From positions 1,095 through 65,094 of the forward strand of contig JAHJDW010000032.1 of the NCBI GenBank assembly GCA_018812245.1: a DNA stretch of 64,000 nt. Direction: 5' to 3'. This document shows positions 43,677 through 52,999 of this stretch, in pieces. The position numbers were made by a program, and so were the translations under genes. Source of the DNA: Bacteroidota bacterium (GTDB lineage Bacteria; Bacteroidota; Bacteroidia; Bacteroidales; JAHJDW01). Position 1 is the stretch's first letter, and the number at the start of each line of letters is the position of its first letter. The notes under the pieces were generated by a model, which worked only from the letters and a program-made list of their open reading frames with translations, was not told the origin of the DNA and made no database searches.

Positions 43677-45611
43677 ATGAAAAAAAACCTGACATTCTTG
43701 CTTACTATGGCAACCGGACTTACTTTGATATTGAGCGGTTGCGGTGGCGGTGACAAAACTACTGCCGACAACAAAAAAGACACGGTTCGCACCGTTCCAC
43801 TGGAGGATTTCTTCAAAAATCCAGACAAAAACAGCTTTTCAATCTCCCCCGACGGGAAATACCTGTCGTATCTGGCACCTTATGAAAAGAGAATGAACAT
43901 CCATGTTCAGGAAATCGGAAATGAAGCAGTAGTACGATTAACCTCTGAAACCGAACGAGATGTTGCAGGATATTTTTGGGGCAGCGACAACCGTATTCTT
44001 TTCCTGAAAGACAGCGGTGGTGACGAAAATTACAAACTTTTCGGAGTAAATGCCGATGGCACTAACTTGATTGGTCTTACAGATTTTGAAGGAGTTTTGA
44101 CGCAGGTTATCGATGATTTGCCTGACCTTCCTACAGAAATGATTATTGGATTGAACAAACGCAACCCACAGGTATTTGATGCATATCGCCTGAATATTGA
44201 AACAGGCGAAATGAATATGATAGCTGAAAATCCAGGCAACATTCAGGGCTGGATGACCGACCACGATGGAAAACTCAGAGTTGCCATTACTACCGACGGT
44301 GTAAATACCACATTGATGTTCAGAGACAAGGAATCAGATCCGTTCAAGCCGGTAATCACAACTTCTTTTAAAGAAACCCTGAGTCCTTCGTTTTTTACTT
44401 TCGATAACAAAAATCTGTATGCCGTTTCAAATCTCGGTCGCGACAAAGCTGCCGTTGTTGAGTTTGACATAGCAACCGGCAAAGAGATTAAAACGCTATA
44501 CGAAAACAAGGATTACGATGTGTCGGGGCTGTATTTTTCCAGAAAAAGAAAAGTCTTGACAGCCGCTGGATTCCAGTCATGGAAACGAGAGCGCTTTTTC
44601 TTTGACAAAGAAATTGAAGCAATTTTTGACAGGCTTCAAAAGGAATTCCCGAATCTTGAAGTTGGTATTGTTAGCACAACCAGAGAAGAAGACAAATATA
44701 TCATACGTACATACTCCGACAGAACCAAAGGTGAGTTTTATCTGTACGACGTAAAAACTGAGAAACTGGATAAAATCCACGAAGTAAGCCCGTACCTCAA
44801 AGCCGATGAAATGGCCGAGATGAAGCCAATCGAATACAAATCAAGAGATGGACTTACGATTCACGGTTACCTGACATTGCCGAGAGGTGTTGAAGCCAAA
44901 AACCTGCCAGTTGTAGTTAATCCTCACGGAGGTCCCTGGTATCGCGACAGTTGGGGATTCAATCCGGAAGTTCAATTCCTTGCAAATCGCGGATTTGCTG
45001 TATTGCAAATGAATTTCCGCGGATCGACCGGTTATGGACGCGAGTTCTGGGAAGCTTCGTTCAAACAGTGGGGTCTGAAGATGCAGGACGACATCACCGA
45101 TGGTGTTAACTGGCTCGTTGAACAGGGAATTGCCGATAAAGATCGCGTAGCCATTTATGGCGGAAGCTACGGCGGCTATGCAACCCTGGCTGGGCTTACA
45201 TTTACTCCCGACCTGTATGCCTGCGGAGTTGATTATGTAGGCGTTTCGAACCTGTTCACTTTTATGAAAACTATCCCACCATACTGGAAACCAATGCTCG
45301 ACATGATGTATGAAATGGTTGGCGACCCGGTTAAAGACAGTGTGCAATGGAAAGAAACTTCACCGGTGTTCCATGCCGATAAAATCAAGGTTCCATTGTT
45401 TGTTGCTCAGGGACGAAATGATCCGCGTGTCAATATTGACGAAGCCGACCAGATGGTTAAAGCCATGAAAGATCGTGGCGTTGACGTTGAATATATGGTA
45501 AAAGATAACGAAGGTCACGGTTTCCACAACGAGGAAAATCGCTTCGACTTCTATCGGGCAATGGAAAAATTCCTCGAGAAACATCTCGCAAAGAAAGAAA
45601 AACAGAGTTAG
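43677..45611 (+). CDS. S9-family serine peptidase (prolyl oligopeptidase / dipeptidyl-peptidase-like), lipoprotein
   Basis: Lipobox LTLILSGCGG, an N-terminal beta-propeller region, the nucleophile elbow GGSYGGYATL, then GRNDPRV and EGHGF (Asp and His). Confidence 0.85.
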   Translation: MKKNLTFLLTMATGLTLILSGCGGGDKTTADNKKDTVRTVPLEDFFKNPDKNSFSISPDGKYLSYLAPYEKRMNIHVQEIGNEAVVRLTSETERDVAGYFWGSDNRILFLKDSGGDENYKLFGVNADGTNLIGLTDFEGVLTQVIDDLPDLPTEMIIGLNKRNPQVFDAYRLNIETGEMNMIAENPGNIQGWMTDHDGKLRVAITTDGVNTTLMFRDKESDPFKPVITTSFKETLSPSFFTFDNKNLYAVSNLGRDKAAVVEFDIATGKEIKTLYENKDYDVSGLYFSRKRKVLTAAGFQSWKRERFFFDKEIEAIFDRLQKEFPNLEVGIVSTTREEDKYIIRTYSDRTKGEFYLYDVKTEKLDKIHEVSPYLKADEMAEMKPIEYKSRDGLTIHGYLTLPRGVEAKNLPVVVNPHGGPWYRDSWGFNPEVQFLANRGFAVLQMNFRGSTGYGREFWEASFKQWGLKMQDDITDGVNWLVEQGIADKDRVAIYGGSYGGYATLAGLTFTPDLYACGVDYVGVSNLFTFMKTIPPYWKPMLDMMYEMVGDPVKDSVQWKETSPVFHADKIKVPLFVAQGRNDPRVNIDEADQMVKAMKDRGVDVEYMVKDNEGHGFHNEENRFDFYRAMEKFLEKHLAKKEKQS

Positions 45612-45642
45612 TCTTCTCTATGCTTTTTTTGTCCTCTGTACC

Positions 45643-45671
45643 GGGCTGTTCGCAAGAGCAGCCCTTTTTTT
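45643..45671 (+). terminator. rho-independent terminator after the S9 peptidase gene
   Basis: GGGCTGTTC-GCAA-GAGCAGCCC (9-bp stem, GNRA loop) followed by TTTTTTT. Confidence 0.75.
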
Positions 45672-45710
45672 GCCAATTATTTTGATATTCTCGTACTCTT
45701 TCTGTAAAAA

Positions 45711-47420
45711 TCACGTTGTGCCAACAAGCCCGCATAGCGCAGTATAAGGACAGTAGGAGCAACGGCGGCTCTCGGTAGTGGGCAGAAAGGGCTGCGAAGG
45801 ATTGCGAATTTCTGAGACAAGTTCAAACAACATTTGTTCAAGCGAATCCAGGCTCTCTGGCGTTACCCGGTTACCGGGCGTATCAGTAAGCAACGGCAAC
45901 ACATATTTCGACGGATTGCGGAAAGAAATTATTCCGGCTGATGCTTGTGTGTTGTCTGTTTTATCAAACATCCAGCAATATACCATCAACTGAAACGCCT
46001 TTTCAAAGTCCTCAATCTTTTTCTCCGGAGTGATTGAAGACACCTTCAGCGATAGAGGGTCAACTTTTCCGGTTTTGTAATCGAGTATCCGGATGTTTCC
46101 GTTACATGCATCAATGCGGTCAACTGTTCCCCTGATATTCACCTGTACATCTCCAACCTGCAAGGCGGCAATCAGTTTTCGTTCAAGTTCGCGGATTTCG
46201 ATAGTAGCCTTTGTATCTTCAATATATGTAGCCTCGGCTTCAAGGAATTCGCGGAGCGCTTTTTCAGCAATCTTGCGCAAAAGAAGATTTTTGCCAAAAG
46301 CAATGTCGCCACCGGGGTAATGTTCGGCAATTGCACTTTCGATCTGCTCCGATATTCCTTTCTTTGCATCGCGTAACGCTGCAGCAGTGAGCGCGGTATT
46401 TCCAAAGCTGCCATACAAAGTTTCAAGTACCTGATGAACAATAGTGCCCACCGTAGCGGCGTCCATTGTTTCCTCAATTTCGGCGACTTCCTGAATGCCA
46501 AGAATGTAACTGTAGTAAAACCGCAGATTGCATCTCAGGTATGTTGACAAGGATGTAGGGCTGTATCCCTTTTGCTCAATCTGATTGATCTTTGCTAATA
46601 TTTCGGGCGTCTTCGCAACTTCCTCGATTCGTGTCCCTCCTATTTCACCCGGAAACGCATGGATAAATGATTCCTTGATGGAAATATCCTTGTTGTAACG
46701 CGGGAGTTCGTGGAGAATCTGTGTAATAAAACGGCTCTTCTCCCCTGTTTTCATTCCGTCTGAAATATCAGTATTGTAAAGAATAAATGCTTTCTGCGCC
46801 CGCTGGATCAGGCGATAAAAATGATAAGCGAAAATTGCATCTTTCTCGCGGTATGCCGGCAAGCCAAATTCCTGACGAATGTCAAGCGGGATAAATGAAT
46901 TGTGGGCTTTCCCGGTAGGCAAAATACCTTCGTTGGCCGAGAGCAGAATGACATTTTCAAAATCAAGACCACGACTTTCAAGCATTCCCATGATCTGCAA
47001 TCCTTCAAGTGGCTCACCGCTGAACGGTACCCGCACGCCCTGCATTGTAGTTGTTAGTACTTTGCGAAAAAAACTAACATTCCAGTCGGGCTGATATTGC
47101 TCAAAAAACGAGCGAAACTGGTTAAACATGGATACGCAGGAACTAAGAAATCCGAGTTCAATGCTATCAGCAGTTTCTTTGCTATTGCTGATGATGGAGG
47201 CAAACATTTCGCTACAAATGGCAATCACCTGCCCTGTGCGCGGCACAATTTCCGGGAAAACAGAACTGAAACAACCCGCCACGAAATCCGAAAGCGCAAG
47301 AATATCGTCCCGTGTGAAAAACACTCTGTTTGTTGATGCGAATGCCGCTGAAACTGCAGCAACAAAGCTTACCTGATTCATTTCGGGTGCAGCAAGCATA
47401 CGGGTGTATGGATGTTGCAT
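45711..47420 (-). CDS. C-terminal part of an AddB-like PD-(D/E)XK nuclease (RecB-type nuclease plus Fe-S Cys cluster), separated from the N-terminal part by one in-frame TAA
   Basis: Nuclease motif GTVDRIDACNGNIRILDYKTGK. Terminal Cys cluster CSYCPYTALC, together with an upstream Cys in LSTYLRCNLRFYY, as in AddB-type iron-staple nucleases. It is in the same frame as ORF 47475-48545. Confidence 0.75.
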   Translation of the reverse strand: MQHPYTRMLAAPEMNQVSFVAAVSAAFASTNRVFFTRDDILALSDFVAGCFSSVFPEIVPRTGQVIAICSEMFASIISNSKETADSIELGFLSSCVSMFNQFRSFFEQYQPDWNVSFFRKVLTTTMQGVRVPFSGEPLEGLQIMGMLESRGLDFENVILLSANEGILPTGKAHNSFIPLDIRQEFGLPAYREKDAIFAYHFYRLIQRAQKAFILYNTDISDGMKTGEKSRFITQILHELPRYNKDISIKESFIHAFPGEIGGTRIEEVAKTPEILAKINQIEQKGYSPTSLSTYLRCNLRFYYSYILGIQEVAEIEETMDAATVGTIVHQVLETLYGSFGNTALTAAALRDAKKGISEQIESAIAEHYPGGDIAFGKNLLLRKIAEKALREFLEAEATYIEDTKATIEIRELERKLIAALQVGDVQVNIRGTVDRIDACNGNIRILDYKTGKVDPLSLKVSSITPEKKIEDFEKAFQLMVYCWMFDKTDNTQASAGIISFRNPSKYVLPLLTDTPGNRVTPESLDSLEQMLFELVSEIRNPSQPFLPTTESRRCSYCPYTALCGLVGTT

Positions 47421-47474
47421 AAAGGGAATCAGGTCTTTGTGATAGTACCGGGCTTTGCTTTGATTGTTGAGTCC

Positions 47475-48545
47475 TTAGAATTTTTCAGCGTTACTGAACA
47501 GGCGCAGCAAAATACCGGTGTACTGTGCAGCCATTGTTGTTTTGAGCGGATACCCCATGGTAATGTTCATCCGGTCAACATTATCGGGAATACTGTTAAG
47601 CATGGGAATCAGAATATTTTCATCCGCAAGCACTACAGCAATATTCCCGGGCTGTATGCCTTGGCCCGTGAGTTCTTTTATGATATTCCCCGCGGCTTTT
47701 GCCTGTCCGGTAGAGCCAGCGACTCCTATTACTGAGATTTCCCTTTCGCGTTCTTTGAAGTAATCAAATTCCCATTGGAAAGCATCTTTGCTGAAGTCTT
47801 TTTTATGTTGTCGAAAATATCGTCCGGCTTCCTGTGCAGGATTTTGCGTGTAATATTTATCGCCATCCCAAAGGGTTTGCGTTGTAACAAGCGGCTCCAG
47901 TTCTCTAATAATGCGATTTTCGGCAGTATTGAGAGCATTGAAACCAGCGAAAATCACTTTCGAGTACGATTGAATGCCGCGAAAAGCAACAGGCATATTT
48001 TCGGCCACCTGACGATAGAGCATTCCCTGGTATGCCAGCCCTTTCTGCTCAAGTCGCTCTCTGAATGCCAGATAAACGTCATATAACGAGCGGAAGAATT
48101 CCAGATACTGCTGTTGAATTGATGTAAGCGGTGTGCCGTCAGGATTCCAGTACGCGATTGCTTTTGCTTCGGTAAGGTGGGTAAACAGCTCCTTCGGATC
48201 GGCGAGGTAGAGGTCGGTATCGTTAAAATCTTTTAGAATCAGCTCTCCCCAACCAACGAAGTCTTCGTAGGGCATAATTTTCTGACTTGCCAGTTTGTGG
48301 GCTTCGTAGAGTTCGAGCATCAGCGTAAGGTTGTCGGCAACACGTTTTCCGGATAATGTTTCCACAAAATCAATGATGCTGAATATTCCGGGCGACCAAA
48401 CAGGTTTCGTTACAACAGTACCGAGGTATTTTTTCAGAAACAGCCCGGATCGCCGGTTCGGGAAAACGATGCAGGTAGCTGATATTTCATCAGGAGGCAT
48501 TGCCGCGATCATTCCGGCTATTTTACCAAGAAAGGTCTCCATCAT
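47475..48545 (-). CDS. N-terminal part of the same AddB-like protein (inactivated helicase-like domain)
   Basis: MMETFLGKIAGMIA...CIVFPNRRSGLFLKKYL, with no Walker A. It ends at TAA 47475-47477. The next 18 codons are open and run straight into the ATG at 47420. Its start overlaps the murU-like stop by 4 nt. Confidence 0.7.
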   Translation of the reverse strand: MMETFLGKIAGMIAAMPPDEISATCIVFPNRRSGLFLKKYLGTVVTKPVWSPGIFSIIDFVETLSGKRVADNLTLMLELYEAHKLASQKIMPYEDFVGWGELILKDFNDTDLYLADPKELFTHLTEAKAIAYWNPDGTPLTSIQQQYLEFFRSLYDVYLAFRERLEQKGLAYQGMLYRQVAENMPVAFRGIQSYSKVIFAGFNALNTAENRIIRELEPLVTTQTLWDGDKYYTQNPAQEAGRYFRQHKKDFSKDAFQWEFDYFKEREREISVIGVAGSTGQAKAAGNIIKELTGQGIQPGNIAVVLADENILIPMLNSIPDNVDRMNITMGYPLKTTMAAQYTGILLRLFSNAEKF

Positions 48546-49279
48546 GCTTTCATAACATCGTTCATATCAATACTCGCAGCCGTTGCCAAATCAGCAGGTT
48601 TGCCCAGATCCATCCAGAAGCGGCCAGTGTGGTCGTAGCCAAGGATCTTTTGCTCCGCAGCCAGTTTCAGATAGACATCTGTAATCGAGAACCTGCCTTT
48701 TTCGTTGATCATTGGAAAAATATCTGGTTCGATGATGTGAATGCCGCTAAAAGCAAAGTGTTGCAGCGGTTTTTCGGGACTCCTGACGATCAGCCTCTTT
48801 CCTTCTTTGGTATTCTCCCAACCCGACAGCCGCATATCCTCGTCGAACAGAAAATACCGTGAAGTGTTGCGATGACTGACGGCAAGGGTTGCCAGTGCTT
48901 GCTGTTCTTTGTGCCAACGAAGCATTTCACCCAAATCAATATTGCTTACTACATCAACATTGCACACCAGAAATGGCTCCCAACCGTCTAAAAAATCACG
49001 TGCTTTCCACAGGCCGCCTCCCGTCTCAAGAAGCATTTCAGTTTCGTCTGAAACTTCAATATTAGCATGAAAGTAATGCTTCTCTTCAAGGAACTCAACA
49101 ATCTGATTTCCATAGTGATGAATATTAACAATAATGTCTTTACAACCAGAGGCAAGCAGCTTCTTTATTGCAATTTCGAGCAAAGGAATTCCCTGAACTT
49201 CAACCAGGGCTTTTGGAATATTGTCGGTAATGGGCTTGAGCCGGGTTCCCAGTCCGGCTGCGAATATCATGGCTTTCAT
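48542..49279 (-). CDS. sugar-1-phosphate nucleotidyltransferase (MurU-like)
   Basis: MKAMIFAAGLGTRLKPITDNIPKALVEV is the G-x-G-T-R-L nucleotidyltransferase signature. At about 245 aa it is directly downstream of, and overlapping, an AmgK-like kinase gene, the known AmgK-MurU pairing. Confidence 0.75.
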   Translation of the reverse strand: MKAMIFAAGLGTRLKPITDNIPKALVEVQGIPLLEIAIKKLLASGCKDIIVNIHHYGNQIVEFLEEKHYFHANIEVSDETEMLLETGGGLWKARDFLDGWEPFLVCNVDVVSNIDLGEMLRWHKEQQALATLAVSHRNTSRYFLFDEDMRLSGWENTKEGKRLIVRSPEKPLQHFAFSGIHIIEPDIFPMINEKGRFSITDVYLKLAAEQKILGYDHTGRFWMDLGKPADLATAASIDMNDVMKA

Positions 49280-50712
49280 TTCTCTTTCCCTTTCATTTCA
49301 CGAAACTCCTGTTCTCTATGTCTCAGGTTTACTTCAATATCATATTTGGTTCTGATATGTTCTGCCATTTTTTCTGCACAAAAAACAGATCTGTGCTGCC
49401 CGCCTGTGCATCCGAAACCGATCATCAGGTGGGTAAATCCGCGCTTTATATACCGGTCAATGCTATGGTCGGCCAAAGCAAAAGCATGATTCATCCAATC
49501 ATTCGCGGTAGTGTGGGTTTCGAGAAATTCCTGTACTCCCGGGTCTTTGCCGGTGAGTTCTTTGAACTCATCATATTTCCCCGGATTGTGGATGGCCCTG
49601 CAATCGAAAACAAATCCACCACCGTTGCCGCTCTCGTCAACCGGAATTCCGCGCCGGTAGCTGAAACTATTAATATTTACCTTTAGTACAGGACGAGCAA
49701 GCTGCTGCAAATACTTTGACTCTGTAAGTTGCTGCAAAACCTTCATCAGTGTGGGCAGTTTCACCGGAAGACTGATATTTCCGAGCAGCCATTCAAGATT
49801 ACTCAGCGCGTACGGAATGCTTTGCAGAAAATGATCTTTCTTTTCATAAACACCACGAAAACCATAAGCACCCATCGCCTGCATAATTCGAATCAGGATA
49901 TAGCCCTGATAGAAATCGGTGAATTGCTTTCGATCAACAGAAATGTGTTCCGACAATTTATCGAGATATTCCTCAAACAACATATTCCTGACTTGCTGTG
50001 GAATGTCAGCTTTTGCATCATAGAGCAGCGAGGCAATGTCGTACTGCAAAGCACCCTTTCTGCCACCCTGATAGTCGATAAAATGAATATCTCCGTTGTG
50101 AATCATTACATTTCTCGACTGAAAATCACGATACAGGAAATATTCGGCACCAGCCTGAAGCAGGTAGTCGGTAAAAGTCTGGAAGTCGTCTTCCAGCAAC
50201 TGCTCATTATAGGTGGTTTTGCTGAGTTTCAGGAAATAATATTTAAAGTAGTTCAAATCCCACATCATTGATTGCTTGTCGAAGGCCGGTCTGGGATAGC
50301 AAAGAGAGTAGTCGAGTCCGGTGGACGCTTTAACCTGAAACTCAGGAAGCCGGGCGATAACCTGTCGGTATAACCCGATGGCTTCCTCTGGGAAGTCGCC
50401 CTGAATTCTTTTCTCAGAAAGATACGAAAACAGTGTTGTATCCCCAAGGTCTTCAAGCAGATACCCTGTTTTCTGTTCATTAATTTTCAGAATTCCCGGA
50501 ACCGGCAATCCGCATTTTAGAAAGTGTTGCGTAAAGCCGATAAAAGCCTCGTTTTCTTTAATATCCGGATTATAGACCGCAATAATTGAACAGTTACCTG
50601 CCTTGATTCTGAAATATTGCCTGTCGGACCCTGAGCGGGGGAGTGTGATTACTTGATAATCGTTGTTCCCAAACCATTCACTGCAAAGACTTTTGATTGT
50701 TTCCTGTACCAC
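49276..50712 (-). CDS. fusion protein: AmgK-like (APH-fold) sugar kinase N-terminal domain plus RapZ C-terminal-like domain
   Basis: APH/AmgK block: FLYRDFQSRNVMIHNGDIHFIDYQGGRKGALQYDIASLLYD. The C-terminal 130 aa (GGGFVFDCRAIHNPG...LTGKDPGVQEFL...MIGFGCTGGQHRSVFCAEKMAEHI) parallels the E. coli RapZ C-domain as I remember it (FVFDCRFLPNPHW...IGCTGGKHRSVY). GTG start. Confidence 0.75.
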   Translation of the reverse strand: MVQETIKSLCSEWFGNNDYQVITLPRSGSDRQYFRIKAGNCSIIAVYNPDIKENEAFIGFTQHFLKCGLPVPGILKINEQKTGYLLEDLGDTTLFSYLSEKRIQGDFPEEAIGLYRQVIARLPEFQVKASTGLDYSLCYPRPAFDKQSMMWDLNYFKYYFLKLSKTTYNEQLLEDDFQTFTDYLLQAGAEYFLYRDFQSRNVMIHNGDIHFIDYQGGRKGALQYDIASLLYDAKADIPQQVRNMLFEEYLDKLSEHISVDRKQFTDFYQGYILIRIMQAMGAYGFRGVYEKKDHFLQSIPYALSNLEWLLGNISLPVKLPTLMKVLQQLTESKYLQQLARPVLKVNINSFSYRRGIPVDESGNGGGFVFDCRAIHNPGKYDEFKELTGKDPGVQEFLETHTTANDWMNHAFALADHSIDRYIKRGFTHLMIGFGCTGGQHRSVFCAEKMAEHIRTKYDIEVNLRHREQEFREMKGKEK

Positions 50713-50777
50713 GATATTGTTTTTTTCAGGTGTGAAATTAATTAAAATCTATATATTAGCATGGAAATTTTTCAGGT

Positions 50778-52988
50778 ATGAGGATACTGATTACGTTTTT
50801 GCTGGGATGTAGCCTGTTGTTGAGTAAGGCAGTTGAGGGACAATCGAATAAACCGGATAGTCTGCTGCAACTGTACAATTCCGTGTCGTCTGATAGTTCA
50901 AGACTGGATGTTCTTTCGCAGCTATTCGAGTACTCCATGGAATCAGGTGATGCCGAGAAAAGTGCTGCATACTCATATCGGCTCATTGCAGAATCGGATA
51001 GTCTGAAAATCACACTCAATTCTTCGATTTACTCACGCATGGGTGACATTTTGAAGTTTGTCGGCGATTTCGACTCTGCCATTCTAATGGGGAGAAAATC
51101 GGTTGAGGTTGCTGCCGGTGAAGGTGATGCGCTTGGTGTCACAAAAGGTCTGGGACGTCTTGGCTATACCTACTACAATCGAGGAAACTATACATTTGCC
51201 GCAACATGCATGATGCAAGCCTTGAAACTGGCGGAGAAAAATCAGTTTGAAAAGGAAATTCCTTACATATATTGTATTCTGGGTTTTATTTACAGAGACT
51301 ATCCTGATCTTGAAAGGTCAAAGAAGTACTTTACACTGTCATGGAATAAAGCTTTAGAACAAAACAATACACCTTATGTGTCAACTTCGATCAGTGAAAT
51401 TGGCAACATATACCAGTTGGAAGGAAAATCAGATTCAGCGATCAGGTATTTGCAAGCAGCCCTTGCACTTCGTTTGAAGAACGGGGAGACTATTTCCGTT
51501 GGATATTCATACAACGATATCGGGAATTATTACATCGTGAAAAAGAATTACCGGGAAGCTTTGAATTACATGAAGAAGTCGCTTGACCTGTGTGAAAAAT
51601 CAGGTGAAAAATGGGGGCTTCCGATCACATATTCCAACATCGGATACGCGTATCAGCAATTGGGAGAGCTTTCTCAGGCAAAATATTACTACGACAATGC
51701 CATTTCAAGGTCGAAGGAAATGAATACGCTATCTCAGATTGCCAATTCTTATCTGGTGATTTCAGATTTCTATTCCAGTCAGAAAGAGTACAAGATGGCT
51801 TACGAGTTACTCTCGCTACATTTGTCATACAGGGATTCCCTTATGAATAGTGAAAAGCAACAGCAGATTGAAGAACTCAACACAAAGTACGAGACTGAGA
51901 AAATAGCAAGCCGGAATGAGATTCTGGAAAAGGACAAAGCACTCAGAGATGCTGATCTTGCGCGAAAAAACACACTCACTCAGGCTCTGATCGGAGGATT
52001 GTTGCTACTTGGAATTTTGTTTGTGGTGAGCATTAGAGGGTATCGTGCAAAAAAGAGAGCAAACACCATACTGAGAAGACAGCAGGGTGAAATTCTTGAG
52101 AAAAACGAAGAATTGCAACAGCAAAAAGAAGAAATTATTGCACAACGTGATGAAATTGAGAAACATCGCGATGAAGTTGAGCGACAGCGTCTGGTTGCAG
52201 TAAATCAGCGTGATGAAATCAAGGAACAGAAGAAATTGGTTACTGATTCCATTCAATACGCGCTCAGAATTCAGCAAGCGATTTTACCCCCTAAAAACAT
52301 GTTATCGGGCATGTTTTCTGACAGTTTCATATATTATCAGCCGAAAGACATTGTGAGTGGCGATTTCTACTGGATCGAAAACCAACATGGGAAGAGATAC
52401 TTTGCAGCGGTTGATTGCACCGGACATGGCGTTCCTGGTGCATTCATGAGCATTATGGCTACATCGTTGCTCAATCAGGCAGTTAACGAGAAAAACATTT
52501 CCGATCCGGGGGAAATACTGGATTTCATCAACGAACAGCTCAATTTCACAATCCGCTCACGCGGTGAGGACATTTCTGTTAAGGATGGAATGGATCTTTC
52601 GGTTTGCGCTATTGATAACAATCAGGTATTAGAAGCCGCTGGTGCTTTCAATTCGGTATATATTATCCGCAGCGGGAAATTATTTACCGTCAAAGGCGAC
52701 ATTCACCCGCTGGGGACGCCCTTTGAAGAGGAGTTCAACGGATACAAAACGACCGCCGTTCAATTGGAAAAAGACGATGCGGTATATGCGTTTACTGATG
52801 GCTACATAGACCAGATGGGCGGAGTAAAACGAAAACGATTTCTGACCTCGCGTCTGCGTGAGAAGCTGATCGCCATTCATGGGTTGAAGATGGAGGAGCA
52901 GTATCTTATTCTGAAAAACACGATCACGGATTGGAAATCAGACAATGAGCAAACCGACGATATACTAATAATGGGGATAAGAGTGTAA
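50778..52988 (+). CDS. TPR-repeat membrane sensor with a C-terminal PP2C/SpoIIE-type phosphatase domain (paralogue 1)
   Basis: Signal peptide, TPR array, coiled coil (LNTKYETEKIASRNEILEKDK), TM helix (LIGGLLLLGILFVVSI), second coiled coil (QQQKEEIIAQRDEIEKHRDEVERQR). PP2C blocks: ALRIQQAILPP, VSGDFYW, AVDCTGHGVPGAFMS, FTDGYIDQ, TDDILIMGIRV. Confidence 0.85.
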   Translation: MRILITFLLGCSLLLSKAVEGQSNKPDSLLQLYNSVSSDSSRLDVLSQLFEYSMESGDAEKSAAYSYRLIAESDSLKITLNSSIYSRMGDILKFVGDFDSAILMGRKSVEVAAGEGDALGVTKGLGRLGYTYYNRGNYTFAATCMMQALKLAEKNQFEKEIPYIYCILGFIYRDYPDLERSKKYFTLSWNKALEQNNTPYVSTSISEIGNIYQLEGKSDSAIRYLQAALALRLKNGETISVGYSYNDIGNYYIVKKNYREALNYMKKSLDLCEKSGEKWGLPITYSNIGYAYQQLGELSQAKYYYDNAISRSKEMNTLSQIANSYLVISDFYSSQKEYKMAYELLSLHLSYRDSLMNSEKQQQIEELNTKYETEKIASRNEILEKDKALRDADLARKNTLTQALIGGLLLLGILFVVSIRGYRAKKRANTILRRQQGEILEKNEELQQQKEEIIAQRDEIEKHRDEVERQRLVAVNQRDEIKEQKKLVTDSIQYALRIQQAILPPKNMLSGMFSDSFIYYQPKDIVSGDFYWIENQHGKRYFAAVDCTGHGVPGAFMSIMATSLLNQAVNEKNISDPGEILDFINEQLNFTIRSRGEDISVKDGMDLSVCAIDNNQVLEAAGAFNSVYIIRSGKLFTVKGDIHPLGTPFEEEFNGYKTTAVQLEKDDAVYAFTDGYIDQMGGVKRKRFLTSRLREKLIAIHGLKMEEQYLILKNTITDWKSDNEQTDDILIMGIRV

Positions 52989-52999
52989 TAAACAGCAAT

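Noticed and set aside
50721-50775. 10-bp direct repeat TTTTTCAGGT occurring twice in the amgK / PP2C divergent region.
   Set aside because: It is a single pair of short T-rich words in an AT-rich promoter region, so I cannot distinguish it from chance.
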